From Vicinamibacteria bacterium (GTDB taxonomy: Bacteria > Acidobacteriota > Vicinamibacteria > Marinacidobacterales > Marinacidobacteraceae): a stretch of 64,000 bases of DNA. Made by a program: the position numbers and the translations under genes. The stretch spans positions 1,312,001 to 1,376,000 of the forward strand of contig CAXXLQ010000004.1 in NCBI GenBank assembly GCA_963668695.2, given 5' to 3'. Shown piece after piece: positions 1 to 10,324 of this stretch (the stretch's first letter is position 1; each line of letters starts with the position of its first letter). The notes below the pieces were generated by a model. That model was not told the origin of the DNA, searched no databases, and was given only the letters and a program-made list of their open reading frames with translations.

Positions 1-1091
1 CCGCCTTCGCAGACGCCGTCCTCGATATCGAGGATCATGTCGTCGACATCCGCACGTCTCGAGTCGTTACCCGCGAGCCGCAGGAAGGCGTTGAAGTAGC
101 GCTGCGCGGTGTTGCACTGGCCGCCGTTGAAGGCGATCACGCCCAGCGAGTAATTGGCCTCCTTCGCCCGGGGATCGTTGGGAACGGCCTGGAGCGCGAC
201 GCCGTAGTGGCGCATCACGCCCCTCTGGTCTTGGGCCAGCTGCGCGATGAAACCCAGCATCCAATGGGCTTCGGTGACGTATTCCCCTTCGGGTTCAGCC
301 TCGAGGTAGCTGGTAAGGCGTGGCCCCGCCTTGTCGTAGTCCCGAGCGTTGAAGTTGATCGAGGCGGCTCGGTAGAGCACCTGGGGCAACTGGGGAATGT
401 CCGGATTCTGCGCGATGACGACCGAGAAGGCTTCCTCGGCTCCCGCGGTGTCCTGCTCCTGGAGCAGCGCGAATCCAAGACGAAAGTGGATTTCCGCGTC
501 GGTGGGATCGACGGCGGCTACCTGGCGAAGCAACGGGATCGCCGCTGCCCGGTCCCCCGACTCGCTGCGGCCAAGCGCGACATTGCGTCGGGCCACGGCG
601 ATCTGATCGCCGAGTTGGGCCGCCATTTCCGGATTTGTATCGGTGCCGGCAAGAAACTTTTCGAACGAACTCATGGCTTCCGCCGCGCTTCCGTTCGCCT
701 GATGGGCGAAGCCGAGGAAGAGATGGCCAGCGAAAAAGTCGGGCATGACCTCGAGGGTTGCCGAGCAGGCGGTGAGGGTGGTGTCCCACGCCGCAGACTG
801 CGCCGACTCTACGCACTGGGTCTGGTTCTGGTAGTTGATCGTCGTGTGGGCGTAATCCACGTTCTCCTTGTAGAACTCCCACGAAAGATGACTCTCGTCG
901 TGGACGGAGAGCAGCGATTCGCAGGCCGCGATGACATCTTCCCAAACCTGGCTCTCGATCGCCGCCTCGCACGCTTCGTCCGGATCGTCTTGCACCAAGG
1001 GGTGGGACGCGGTCGCAGAAAGCGCAAGACCGGGGAAGGCGAGCGTCGCAGCGAACAGAAGGGGGAGTCCGAGGTTGCTCTGAAGTGGCAT
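1..1091 (-). CDS. Secreted tetratricopeptide-repeat protein, paralog 1 (3' end runs off window)
   Basis: Not in the ORF track. Manual translation from ATG 1091 (upstream AAGGAG) gives MPLQSNLGLPLLFAATLAF..., TPR-like DAEIHFRLGFALL and EANYSLGVIAFN, and ends ...DGVCEG at the window edge. Collinear with the two neighbouring paralogs. Confidence 0.85.
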   Translation of the reverse strand, partial: MPLQSNLGLPLLFAATLAFPGLALSATASHPLVQDDPDEACEAAIESQVWEDVIAACESLLSVHDESHLSWEFYKENVDYAHTTINYQNQTQCVESAQSAAWDTTLTACSATLEVMPDFFAGHLFLGFAHQANGSAAEAMSSFEKFLAGTDTNPEMAAQLGDQIAVARRNVALGRSESGDRAAAIPLLRQVAAVDPTDAEIHFRLGFALLQEQDTAGAEEAFSVVIAQNPDIPQLPQVLYRAASINFNARDYDKAGPRLTSYLEAEPEGEYVTEAHWMLGFIAQLAQDQRGVMRHYGVALQAVPNDPRAKEANYSLGVIAFNGGQCNTAQRYFNAFLRLAGNDSRRADVDDMILDIEDGVCEG

Positions 1092-1307
1092 AACAGAATC
1101 TCCTTGAGGTCGGGAAGGGCGTTCCGGCCGGCCGTGACCGGCTATCACCCCCAATACCCCGCCCCGTGAATGGAACGAAGCAGCCTAGCACAGGACACCC
1201 GTACGCGTGGTAAAAGCAAGAAACAACGGTCGATCAGTCACCTGTCACCCCAATCTGGGTCAGGCGGGGCGCCTGTCGGGATGACCCGCGGCGGGGCCGT
1301 CGGAGGC

Positions 1308-2363
1308 TCAGTCTCCCTGGCAGCCGCCTTCAGCGATCGACGCCAGAATCTCGGTTACCTGGGCAGCGTTCGCGTGATCCGGAGCCAGTTCCATCAGCGC
1401 CTTGTAGTGCTGCTCGGCGTTCCCGCAGTCGTCGCGGTTGAAGTACATAGTGCCGAGAGCGTAGTTGGCGTCCGGAAGCCGTGGATCGCCTGCGGCGGCG
1501 CCGCCGAGGAAGCCCCGATAGTGGGTGATGGCGCGATCCTCATCGGAGCCTTGAAACGCCAGCGCCAGCATGTAGTGGGCTTCCGGGGCGCCCCTGCCGT
1601 TCGGCTCGGCGGCCAGGAAGGCACTCAGCCGTTCGTCGGCCCTGGCGTAGTCGCCGGCGTTGAAGTTGAGCTGGCCGGCCAGAAACACGATCCCCGGGAC
1701 GGGGTTGGGAGCTTCCGCGATATAGACCGAGAGTGCACGTTCGGCGCCCGCTTCTTCACCCGTCGACAAGAGCGCGCGCCCGAGGCGGAAATGCACTTCG
1801 ACATCCTTCGGGTTGGCCCTCGCCGCCGCCTGGAGGAGCGGAATGGCGTCCTGGGCGGCGTTCTCGCGGGCGAAGGCGATTCCGCCCGACCGCTGCGCGA
1901 TGGTGATCTGCTGGGCCAGTTGCGACGCTGCCTCGGAATTCCCCCGGACCCCGTTCAGGAACGCCTGGAAATTGACCGCGGTGTTCACCCAGTCCTGCTT
2001 TATCTGGTGGGCGATGCCGAGGAAATAGTTCATGATGAACGCCCCGGGGTTCGCCTCGACCGCCATCTGGCAGTACGCGATGACGCTGTCCCACTGCTGC
2101 GCATCGAACGCCGGTTGGCACTGGAGGCTGTACGCGTACTGCACGGTTTGCGACCAGTGGGCGTAGTACGGGTGATCCTCCGGGAGCGCGTCGACCACCT
2201 CGGGGCAGGCGGCGAGGACCTGCTCGTAGTTCGCGCTGTCCACCGCCTGCATGCAGGCGGTCGCCTTCTGCGGGTCCACATCCTGGGCCGCGGCTTCGCG
2301 GGCCCCTCCCGCGATGATGCCAACCATGAGGGCCAGGGACAGAGTCAGAAATCGGGTGTGCAT
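1308..2363 (-). CDS. Secreted TPR protein, paralog 2
   Basis: Start reassigned to MHTRFLTLSL (AAGGAG upstream). Signal peptide ending AAAQ; TPR motifs DVEVHFRLGRALL and DANYALGTMYF. Confidence 0.85.
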   Translation of the reverse strand: MHTRFLTLSLALMVGIIAGGAREAAAQDVDPQKATACMQAVDSANYEQVLAACPEVVDALPEDHPYYAHWSQTVQYAYSLQCQPAFDAQQWDSVIAYCQMAVEANPGAFIMNYFLGIAHQIKQDWVNTAVNFQAFLNGVRGNSEAASQLAQQITIAQRSGGIAFARENAAQDAIPLLQAAARANPKDVEVHFRLGRALLSTGEEAGAERALSVYIAEAPNPVPGIVFLAGQLNFNAGDYARADERLSAFLAAEPNGRGAPEAHYMLALAFQGSDEDRAITHYRGFLGGAAAGDPRLPDANYALGTMYFNRDDCGNAEQHYKALMELAPDHANAAQVTEILASIAEGGCQGD

Positions 2364-2497
2364 GGCGGAAGTCTCCTTGCCTGATCTGGCGACCGCTTCG
2401 TCATGTCTGCTTCTAGTGGACGAGCGTGGCCCGCGCGAAGTGTAGGAAACTAGCACAGGCGCAGGGAAGCCTTGGAACGTCTTGCTCGGGGCGCCGG

Positions 2498-3439
2498 CTA
2501 CGGGGGCGTGCCGCAGAGTGCGAAATCCTCCTCCAGATAGCGCTGCACCTCGGAGGCGCGCTCGTGCTCCGGCGCGATTCTGAGGAAGTCCTGATAGTGG
2601 CGGCGGGCTTGATCGCACTCTTCGCGATCGGCGGCAATCGTTCCGAGGAAGTAGTGGGCAACCACGGCCCGGGCGCTCTCCGGTTCGATTTCGAGCAGTG
2701 CGGCGAAGTGAAGTCGCGCTTCGTCCTCCGTGGCGCCGGGATCCGCCGCCGCGGACTCTGAACTCCGGAGCGCCATGGAGCCGGCCATCCAGTGGGCGTC
2801 GGCGCGGAAGGGCCCGTCAGCAGCGGCCGCTAGATACCCGGCGAGGTGGGTCCGCGCCGTTTCGTAGTCTCCGGCGTCGTAGCGGAGTTGTCCGAGAAAG
2901 AAGAGCGCCTGGCTAATCTGGGGCGCTTCCCGGGCTACCACCGAAAAGGCCGCCTCCGCGCCTGTGCGGTCGCCCTGTTCCAGGAGCCCGACGCCGAGAA
3001 AAAAGGCCACTTCGGCGTCCACCGGATCGGCTTCGGTGGCGCGCCGGAGCAGGGGAAGCGCCTGTTCGCGGTCGGCGGCGCGAAACCGCGCGATCGCGGC
3101 TCCACGGATGGCGGCGTTGATCTGTTCGGCCAGACGAGCTTCCCCTTCCGGCTCCGCCTCGGCCGCCGCAACGAAGGATTCGAATGCGGCCGCGGCCTCG
3201 TTCCATGCCAGTTTCGCCTGATAGGCAAGGCCGAGGAAGTAGTGGATGCCGTAGGTTTCCGGAAGCGCCCGAATCGCGGCCTCGCAATGGGTCACGGCGG
3301 CGTCCCAGGCGGACGCCTGCATCGCGGCTTCGCACTCGCGCGCGGCTGCCCGTCCCTCCTGCACCGGCGCGGCGGGCGCGGGAGCCGCGACCAGCAGCAA
3401 GGGAGCGATTGCCAACCAGGTGACGGCCCTGCCGGGCAC
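2498..3439 (-). CDS. Secreted TPR protein, paralog 3
   Basis: Signal peptide; TPR motifs IHYFLGLAYQ, VAFFLGVGLL and AHYFLGTIA. Confidence 0.85.
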   Translation of the reverse strand: MPGRAVTWLAIAPLLLVAAPAPAAPVQEGRAAARECEAAMQASAWDAAVTHCEAAIRALPETYGIHYFLGLAYQAKLAWNEAAAAFESFVAAAEAEPEGEARLAEQINAAIRGAAIARFRAADREQALPLLRRATEADPVDAEVAFFLGVGLLEQGDRTGAEAAFSVVAREAPQISQALFFLGQLRYDAGDYETARTHLAGYLAAAADGPFRADAHWMAGSMALRSSESAAADPGATEDEARLHFAALLEIEPESARAVVAHYFLGTIAADREECDQARRHYQDFLRIAPEHERASEVQRYLEEDFALCGTPP

Positions 3440-3452
3440 GGTGCCCAGGCTG

Positions 3453-3839
3453 CTACGACGGCGAGCCGGCCCGCGACTCGCTCCCGGAAGAGGAGGGCTT
3501 GGCGCCGCTTGCGCCGCCGGCCTTCTGGCCCGCCTTCTCCTTGCCGGCCCTGTTCCCCGAATCCGTCTTCCCCGAATCCGTCTTCCCCGAATCCGTCTTC
3601 CCCGAATCCTCGCCTTTCGCGGACGCGCCGTTGTTGCCGTTTGCGCCTTTCTCCCCTGCTTTCCGGGCGTAGTCGGTCACGTACCAGCCGCTACCTACGA
3701 AATGGATGGCGGGGCTGGAAATGATCTTCCTGGCCGATCCACCACAGTGCCGGCAGACATCCAGCGGTTCATCGCTGAGGCGCTGGAGGGCTTCGAAGAC
3801 TACGTCGCAGTCGTCGCAGCGATATTCGTATATAGGCAT
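3453..3839 (-). CDS. FmdB-family zinc-ribbon regulatory protein
   Basis: MPIYEYRCDDC...CRHCGG...FVGSGWYVTDY signature with a low-complexity tail. Confidence 0.9.
   Translation of the reverse strand: MPIYEYRCDDCDVVFEALQRLSDEPLDVCRHCGGSARKIISSPAIHFVGSGWYVTDYARKAGEKGANGNNGASAKGEDSGKTDSGKTDSGKTDSGNRAGKEKAGQKAGGASGAKPSSSGSESRAGSPS
3553..3609. repeat. 15-bp tandem repeat (~3.8 copies) encoding DSGKT
   Basis: TTCCCCGAATCCGTC repeated within the FmdB tail. Confidence 0.95.
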
Positions 3840-3910
3840 GCCCTACTCGACGTTGGGGCTCGGAGTTTAGCGGGGTTCGGCGGTCCGCCGCTGTTCGGCT
3901 CTTGCGGAGG

Positions 3911-5488
3911 TTATCGACTCTGGAGGGGCGGTGTCGTCGTCGGTGGTCGTCGGCGCCGGGTCGCCTGCTCGTACGCGTAGGAGATCCGAAAGAGCGCGCC
4001 TTCGCCGAGCGCGTTCCCGAGGAACTGCAACCCGCCGGGAAGTCCGGAGGGGGTAAAGCCCATGGGAACGGTGACCGCGGGGAAGCCGGTGGGCGGAGAG
4101 AGCTGGGGCGAGTTGTTTCCGTCGGGAGTCGTCAGGTCGCCCAGCAGGCGCGGCGGGTTGCTCCAGGTTGGGAAGGCGAGGGCGTCGAGATCCTGGTCCG
4201 CGAGAAGGCCTTGGACTTCCGCCCGAAGTTCCGCAGCCCGTTCGTTGGCTTCCGCACAGACCTCATCCGGCTCGCCTTCCACCTCGAGCGCAGTTTCGAG
4301 CCGGGGCCTGATCGACGGATGGAAGTCGCCGCCGTCGACAAGCTCCTCAAGAGTCGTTACCGGCGCGTTCGGCCCAAGGCTCCCCAGATAGGCCTCCAGC
4401 TGGGCGCGGAAGGGATTGCACCACAGCGACTTCTCGGCTTCGAGCCCCTCGATCCGAACCGGATCAACGATCGTGGCTCCCAGTTCGGTGAGGTCGGCCA
4501 GGGCCGCTTCGAAGAGCGCCGAGATCTCGGGGTCGGCTGTTTCGGTATCGCTGAGCTGGCGCACCACCCCGATGCGGAAGTCGGCCAGAGTCCCGGCGTC
4601 GAGGTACTGGAGATAGTCGGCTTCGCGCTCGAACCCGGTGGTTGCCTCATCGGCTGGGTCCGGTCCTGCCAACACATCGAAGACCCGCACCCCGTCCTCG
4701 ACCGTGCGCGCCATGGGGCCGCCGACATCCCGGAACAGATTCAGGGGAACGATTCCGTCACGGCTGGTGAGGCCCATCGTGGACCGGATCCCGAAGAGCG
4801 CATTGTGGGAAGAAGGGCCCCGGATGGAGTTGCCGGTGTCGGTCCCCAATCCGACGGCGCCGAAACTGGCCGCTACCGCGGCCCCGGTACCGCCGGAAGA
4901 GCCGGCAGGGACGCGGTAGGGGTCGTATGGGTTGCGGGTGTGCCCGGGCACTACCGAGCCGAGGCTCTCGTAGGCACTGAACGCGAACTCGGCCATGTTG
5001 GACTTGGCCAGGACGATGGCTCCCGCCTCACGGATTTTCTGGACCTGGAAGGCGTCGTCGGGCGGCAACGAATCCTTGAGCGATGCTGATCCCGCCGTGG
5101 TGGGGAGATCGGCGGTGTCGTAGTTGTCCTTCACGATCATCGGAACGCATTCGAGCGGACGGTCCGGGCTGAGGTCGGAGGCGGCGAGGCGCGCGTCGGC
5201 TTCGCGGGCACGGGTCATGGCCTCCGGATTGATCGTGACGATGGCGTGCAGTGCCGGACCCTGCCGGTCGTACGCCTCGATACGGGCCAGATAGGCGGCT
5301 ACCAGATCGACGCAGGTGAAATCTCCGTTCTGAAGGCCTTGGTGGATTCCGGAAATGTCGAGTTCTACGACCTCCGGCCCAGTGGGAAGCTCCGGCTCCG
5401 GAGCGCCGCAACCAGCCATGACGAACGACGCGGAAACCGCCAGCACGATCCCGCTTCGCCTACTGAATGTCCCTACTGTCCCGATCAT
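3911..5488 (-). CDS. Amidase-signature family lipoprotein
   Basis: VKDN Lys motif, GSSGGT and GTDTGNSIRGPS; lipobox-like VMAGC. Confidence 0.9.
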   Translation of the reverse strand: MIGTVGTFSRRSGIVLAVSASFVMAGCGAPEPELPTGPEVVELDISGIHQGLQNGDFTCVDLVAAYLARIEAYDRQGPALHAIVTINPEAMTRAREADARLAASDLSPDRPLECVPMIVKDNYDTADLPTTAGSASLKDSLPPDDAFQVQKIREAGAIVLAKSNMAEFAFSAYESLGSVVPGHTRNPYDPYRVPAGSSGGTGAAVAASFGAVGLGTDTGNSIRGPSSHNALFGIRSTMGLTSRDGIVPLNLFRDVGGPMARTVEDGVRVFDVLAGPDPADEATTGFEREADYLQYLDAGTLADFRIGVVRQLSDTETADPEISALFEAALADLTELGATIVDPVRIEGLEAEKSLWCNPFRAQLEAYLGSLGPNAPVTTLEELVDGGDFHPSIRPRLETALEVEGEPDEVCAEANERAAELRAEVQGLLADQDLDALAFPTWSNPPRLLGDLTTPDGNNSPQLSPPTGFPAVTVPMGFTPSGLPGGLQFLGNALGEGALFRISYAYEQATRRRRPPTTTPPLQSR

Positions 5489-5646
5489 CGTCCGATTCTA
5501 TTCGTCTTCCGCGGCCGGGGGCGGACTGCTTGCTGGACGCTTCCGCGCGAACAGCGAGCCGGAACAGAAAGGCCGTAGGTTCGCTTCCCTGATGCCTTCC
5601 GGGTCGCGGTATCGCTTGCCGGACGGCTTCGTTACAATGCTGACCC

Positions 5647-5751
5647 ATGACGCTCAGCGAGTCAGCCCGGCCGCGCCTTTCCCGGCAATTGCTGTGGCGA
5701 TGGCGATTTTGCTTTAGGCCGGGCTCGCCTCGCGTCCGTTTGATCCACTGA
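5647..5751 (+). CDS. Candidate trp leader peptide (34 aa, W-R-W-R)
   Basis: MTLSESARPRLSRQLLWRWRFCFRPGSPRVRLIH*. TGG at 5695 and 5701; TACAAT at 5633-5638; lies directly upstream of trpD. Confidence 0.55.
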   Translation: MTLSESARPRLSRQLLWRWRFCFRPGSPRVRLIH

Positions 5752-5820
5752 TTGCGGCGGGAGGCGGCCCGACCCGGGACGCCTCTGGACGACGGCGCGA
5801 AAGGGTGCTCAAGAGCGCCC
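5664..5820 (+). promoter_or_regulatory. Candidate attenuator-like alternative pairings
   Basis: AGCCCGGCC (5664-5672) pairs with GGCCGGGCT (5717-5725). GGGCTCGCCTC (5721-5731) can alternatively pair with GAGGCGGCCC (5761-5770). A further hairpin lies at 5803-5820. No U-tract. Confidence 0.4.
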
Positions 5821-5890
5821 GCTAAGGCTTCTGAGGTTCCCGGTTCGGGACGCTGTGACCGTCACTCACACCACCAAGGAGCCAACTCCA

Positions 5891-6922
5891 GTGATCGCCC
5901 CACTCCTCGAAACTCTCCTCTCCGGCGAATCTGCCGATTCCGGAGCGCTGGAGAGCGCTCTGCACCGAATCCTGTCCGGGGAAAGCGACGTGGCCCAGAC
6001 GGCGGGGCTGCTCGTGGCGCTCCGCGTCAGCGAGCCCGACTCCGCAACCCTTGCCGCGTGCGCTCGCGCACTCCGGAGTCACCGCAAGGCCGTCATGTCT
6101 CAGGTCCGACCTCTCGTGGACACCTGCGGCACTGGCGGTGACAAGAGCGGCACCTTCAACATTTCGACGGCGTCGGCGCTGGTCGTGGCGGCCGCCGGCG
6201 GGGCTGTCGCCAAACACGGCAACCGCAGCGTTTCTTCGATCACCGGCAGCGCCGACGTGCTGGAGGCTTGTGGAGCGCCCCTCCATCTTGAGCCGGGCCA
6301 GGCGTCCCGGATTCTGGATTCCACTGGTTTCGTGTTCCTCTTTGCCCCCGCTTTCCACCCCGCGATGGCCCATGTCGGACCCGCCCGCCGCGCTCTCGGA
6401 ATCCGGACGCTCTTCAACGTCCTCGGGCCGCTCGCGAATCCGGCGCTGGCGGAACGTCAGTTGATCGGTGTCTACGACCCTTCGTTGACCGAGACCATTG
6501 CCGGAGCCTTGGCCAGGTTGGGGTCCGCCTCAGCGCTGGTCGTGCATTGCGATGGCTTGGACGAAATTGGCCTTCACGCAACGACCCGGGGCCATGCGCT
6601 CAGCGGAGGAGAGGTGCGTCCAGTCGAGATCCGGGTTTCCGAACTCGGACTGCGGGAGGCGCCGATCGAGGAACTCCGAGGTGGTGGCACCGAGGAAAAC
6701 GCCGAGATTCTCAGGGCGGTGCTGTCCGGGAAGGATCAGGGACCGAAGCGGGACGTCGTCGCGGCGAACGCGGGCGCCGCGCTTACCGTTGCCGGGCTCG
6801 CCCCGGACCTCGAGACCGGAGTGCGTACCGCGCTGGCAACCCTGTCCTCCGGCCGCGCCCTGCGCACCCTGGAGCGCTACGTGGAAACGAGCATGCGGAT
6901 GACCGGACTGAATGTCGCATGA
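5891..6922 (+). CDS. trpD: Anthranilate phosphoribosyltransferase
   Basis: DTCGTGGD, FNIST and KHGNRS motifs; GTG at 5891 follows AAGGAG. Confidence 0.97.
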   Translation: MIAPLLETLLSGESADSGALESALHRILSGESDVAQTAGLLVALRVSEPDSATLAACARALRSHRKAVMSQVRPLVDTCGTGGDKSGTFNISTASALVVAAAGGAVAKHGNRSVSSITGSADVLEACGAPLHLEPGQASRILDSTGFVFLFAPAFHPAMAHVGPARRALGIRTLFNVLGPLANPALAERQLIGVYDPSLTETIAGALARLGSASALVVHCDGLDEIGLHATTRGHALSGGEVRPVEIRVSELGLREAPIEELRGGGTEENAEILRAVLSGKDQGPKRDVVAANAGAALTVAGLAPDLETGVRTALATLSSGRALRTLERYVETSMRMTGLNVA

Positions 6923-7694
6923 ACGGGGGGTACTCGACCGACTCGTCCGCTCGGCCGAAGCGAGAGCGGTGCGTCTCGCTACCGGACCACCGCCCGGGCG
7001 TCCTGAACGCGAGCCCCCTTCCTTCCGGAACGCGGTCGGCGGGCGCGACACGCTCTCGGTGATCGCCGAGTTCAAGCGGAAAAGTCCGAGCGCCGGGGCC
7101 ATCCGCGACGACGATCCGGGGGCACGGGCTCGCGCTTATCGGGACGCGGGCGCCTCCGCGATTTCGGTGCTGACCGATCCCGATGCCTTCGGTGGTTCCC
7201 TGGAGGATCTGCAAGCTGCTTCGGTTGCCTCTTCGCTTCCCATCCTGATGAAGGACTTCGTCGTACACCCCGCGCAGATCCGGGCGGGGTGGGCGGCGGG
7301 AGCGTCGGCGGTGCTCCTCATCGTTCGTTGTCTCCACGACTCCCGACTCCATCATCTCTATGAGGAAGCGCGATCCCTGGGGCTTGACGCCCTGGTTGAA
7401 GTGCACGACACGGCGGAGCTCGATCGCGCCCTGGTCCTTGACGATGCGATCGTCGGGATCAACAACCGGAATCTGGACACGTTGGAGACGGACCGCCGGC
7501 GCGCCGCGGCGCTGCTCCCCCGAGTCCCTCCGGGACGCATTGCCGTGGCGGAGAGCGGCTATCTCGAGCCGGCGCACCTTGCCGAACTGCGCGGAAAAGC
7601 AGACGCGGTGCTGATCGGGACCGCGCTGATGCGCGCCCCGGACCCTTCGGCGTTTCTCCGCGCCGCCACCGAACCGCTGCCCGTCGGCGCCTGA
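6912..7694 (+). CDS. trpC: Indole-3-glycerol-phosphate synthase
   Basis: IAEFKRKSPSAG, SVLTD, GINNRNL and VAESG motifs. Confidence 0.96.
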   Translation: MSHERGVLDRLVRSAEARAVRLATGPPPGRPEREPPSFRNAVGGRDTLSVIAEFKRKSPSAGAIRDDDPGARARAYRDAGASAISVLTDPDAFGGSLEDLQAASVASSLPILMKDFVVHPAQIRAGWAAGASAVLLIVRCLHDSRLHHLYEEARSLGLDALVEVHDTAELDRALVLDDAIVGINNRNLDTLETDRRRAAALLPRVPPGRIAVAESGYLEPAHLAELRGKADAVLIGTALMRAPDPSAFLRAATEPLPVGA

Positions 7695-7713
7695 GGAAGA
7701 CCGGGCGCGCGTC

Positions 7714-8337
7714 TTGGAAGTCAAGATCTGCGGCCTTCGGAGACCGGAGGATGCCCGGTTGGCCGTGCGGCTTGGGGCCCGCTGGATCGGGGTCGTGCGA
7801 GCTCCGGACTCCCCGCGTTCGGCAACGCTCGAGGAAGCCCACAGGGTGATCGCGGCTGCCCGGGAGGTCAATCCGGAGGTTCGTCCGGTGCTCGCGACCG
7901 GAAGGCGTACTCGGGACGAAGTCGCCGCCGATGCATTCGCGCTGGGGATAGAAAGGGTCCAGCCGCACGGGCTGTCGGACGCCGGAGTCCGGTCGCTTGG
8001 GGAGGCCGGCCTGATTGTCCATCGGGTCGTGACCGTTCCGGAGACCGCAGACCGTCTTCCCGATTTCGTCCCTCCCGGCGAGGGCGACGGCCCGCTCGTT
8101 TTCGACGTGGGTGGCGGCGGTAGCGGTCGCGCCTTCGACTGGCGCTTTCTCGGGGAGCAGGCTCCGGCACGGGCTTTCATCGCGGGAGGATTGAAACCCG
8201 AGAACATCGGGCGCCTGCTTCCCTTTCAGCCATGGGGTGTGGACATTTCAAGCGGCGTCGAGTCAGCTCCCGGCGTCAAGGACCCCGATCGGTTGCGGCT
8301 TTTCTTCAGCCGGTTGCAGTCGGAATTCGCCGCGTGA
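7714..8337 (+). CDS. trpF: Phosphoribosylanthranilate isomerase
   Basis: [19 protein letters not shown] and DISSGVE...KD motifs. Confidence 0.95.
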   Translation: MEVKICGLRRPEDARLAVRLGARWIGVVRAPDSPRSATLEEAHRVIAAAREVNPEVRPVLATGRRTRDEVAADAFALGIERVQPHGLSDAGVRSLGEAGLIVHRVVTVPETADRLPDFVPPGEGDGPLVFDVGGGGSGRAFDWRFLGEQAPARAFIAGGLKPENIGRLLPFQPWGVDISSGVESAPGVKDPDRLRLFFSRLQSEFAA

Positions 8338-9530
8338 AACGCGGACTTCGGCCCCGGCAGGGAGCGTTCGGTTCCTTCGGGGGACGGTTTGTTCCGGAAC
8401 TCCTCACGCCCGCGCTCGAGGAGCTGGAAACCGCCCGCAAGGAGATCGTGCCTACGGCGGCGTTCCGCAGCGAACTGGACCGGGAGGCGCGGGACTGGGT
8501 GGGGCGGCCGACTCCCCTTACCAGGGTCCCGCGGTTCTCGGAACGGGCCGGATTCGAAACGGTATTCAAGCGCGAGGACCTGCTCCATGGAGGGGCGCAC
8601 AAGGCGAACAACGTGCTCGGGCAGGCCCTCCTGGCCCGGCACATGGGCAAGACCCGGCTAATCGCCGAGACCGGCGCCGGTCAGCATGGGACTGCGACGG
8701 CGATGATCGCGGCGCGGTTCGGTATGCGGGCGGTGATCTACATGGGAGCAAAGGACATGGCGCGCCAGGCCCCCAATGTGAAGCGAATGGAACTGTGCGG
8801 CGCCGAAGTGGTTCCCGTCACGGCGGGGGCCCGCACTCTGAAGGACGCGATCAACGAAGCGCTGCGCGATTGGACCGGGAGCCTCGCCGATACGCACTAC
8901 CTGCTCGGGACGGCCGCGGGACCGCATCCCTTTCCACGCCTGGTCCGGGATTTCCAAGCAGTCATCGGGCGCGAGGCCAAACGGCAGTGGCGGCGTGAAC
9001 TCGGCGGGCTCCCCGATGTGGTCGTGGCGTGCGTGGGGGGCGGAAGCAACGCGATCGGGATCTTCCACGCCTTCGTGCCCGAAAAATCGGTTCGGCTTGT
9101 CGGCGTAGAGCCCGGAGGAGCGGGACTGGAAAGCGGCCGGCACGGCGCGACCCTCGTGCGCGGCACTCCGGGCCTGCTCCACGGCGCCCGCACCATGGTC
9201 CTCCAGGACGACGAAGGCCAGATCCGCGAACCCCACAGCATTTCGGCGGGGCTCGACTATCCCGGGGTGGGCCCGGAGCACGCGCACCTTCAGGAGATCG
9301 GTCGAGCCACCTACGTCGCCGCCACCGATGAAGAGGCGCTGGATGCCTTCGAGGTGCTGTCGGCCACCGAAGGGATCGTTCCCGCCTTCGAACCTTCCCA
9401 CGCGCTCGCTTTCGTCCTCCGCGCCAGGCAATCGCGGGAGATTGCCGCCGGGGCGCGGGTACTCGTGAACCTTTGCGGCCGCGGCGACAAGGATCTTGAG
9501 ACGTATTTCGCGCTCGGTCGATCGTCATGA
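8334..9530 (+). CDS. trpB: Tryptophan synthase beta chain
   Basis: [30 protein letters not shown] and [11 protein letters not shown]; GTGA overlap with the trpF stop. Confidence 0.98.
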   Translation: MKRGLRPRQGAFGSFGGRFVPELLTPALEELETARKEIVPTAAFRSELDREARDWVGRPTPLTRVPRFSERAGFETVFKREDLLHGGAHKANNVLGQALLARHMGKTRLIAETGAGQHGTATAMIAARFGMRAVIYMGAKDMARQAPNVKRMELCGAEVVPVTAGARTLKDAINEALRDWTGSLADTHYLLGTAAGPHPFPRLVRDFQAVIGREAKRQWRRELGGLPDVVVACVGGGSNAIGIFHAFVPEKSVRLVGVEPGGAGLESGRHGATLVRGTPGLLHGARTMVLQDDEGQIREPHSISAGLDYPGVGPEHAHLQEIGRATYVAATDEEALDAFEVLSATEGIVPAFEPSHALAFVLRARQSREIAAGARVLVNLCGRGDKDLETYFALGRSS

Positions 9531-10324
9531 GCCTCGCCGCGCTCCGTACTACGCTGGGGGAGGGGCCGGCGGTTTCTCCGTTTCTGGTGCTCGGAGATCC
9601 GACTCCTGACCTTTGTGTGGAGTTGGCGCGGACGGCGGTCTCGGCGGGCGCCCGGATGCTTGAGATCGGATTCCCCTATAGCGATCCGGTCGCCGATGGT
9701 CCGGCGATCCAGGCGGCGGCGAGCCGCGCGCTTGCGGGAGGCACCTCAACGTTCCGCGGGTTCGAACTTCTGGGGCGGATCGCAAAGACCTGTCCGGGAG
9801 TCCCGCTCAACCTGCTGGTGTACGGGAATCTGGTGCATCGGATCGGATACGAACGGTTCACCGACACCGTGCGCGATGCCGGCGCCTCCTCGCTGCTCGT
9901 TCCGGATATACCGCTGGAGGAGGCCGCTCCGCTCCGCCGGGCGTGCCGGCGCGCCGGGCTCGGGCACGTTGAACTGGCGGGGCCCCTCACCCCGGCGCCG
10001 CGTCTCAAGCGCCTCGCCGGCGCCTCCTGTTTCGTTTACCTCGCGGGCTTCCAGGGCGTCACCGGCGTTCGTCGCGGCGGGTTCTCCGGGGTCCTTCGCC
10101 GGGTCGCCGAAGTCGCCGGAGTTGTGCAGGTTCCCTTGTGTCTCGGTTTCGGGCTGTCGGACCGCGCTCAGATCGTTCGCGGCTTCGAAGCCGGCGCGCG
10201 GATCGCGGTCGTCGGGAGCCACCTCGCGCGGGCAGTCGAACGCCTTTACCGAAGGGCGGGGGACGCGGATGACCTGATCGCCGGTTACCGTTCCGCGGTG
10301 CTTCAGCTCACCGCAAGCGGTTAA
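9527..10324 (+). CDS. trpA: Tryptophan synthase alpha chain
   Basis: [25 protein letters not shown] and VGS motifs. Confidence 0.97.
   Translation: MSLAALRTTLGEGPAVSPFLVLGDPTPDLCVELARTAVSAGARMLEIGFPYSDPVADGPAIQAAASRALAGGTSTFRGFELLGRIAKTCPGVPLNLLVYGNLVHRIGYERFTDTVRDAGASSLLVPDIPLEEAAPLRRACRRAGLGHVELAGPLTPAPRLKRLAGASCFVYLAGFQGVTGVRRGGFSGVLRRVAEVAGVVQVPLCLGFGLSDRAQIVRGFEAGARIAVVGSHLARAVERLYRRAGDADDLIAGYRSAVLQLTASG

Noticed and set aside
207-2384. Plus-strand ORFs 207-1169 and 1170-2384
   Set aside because: Antisense shadows of the TPR genes in high-GC DNA.
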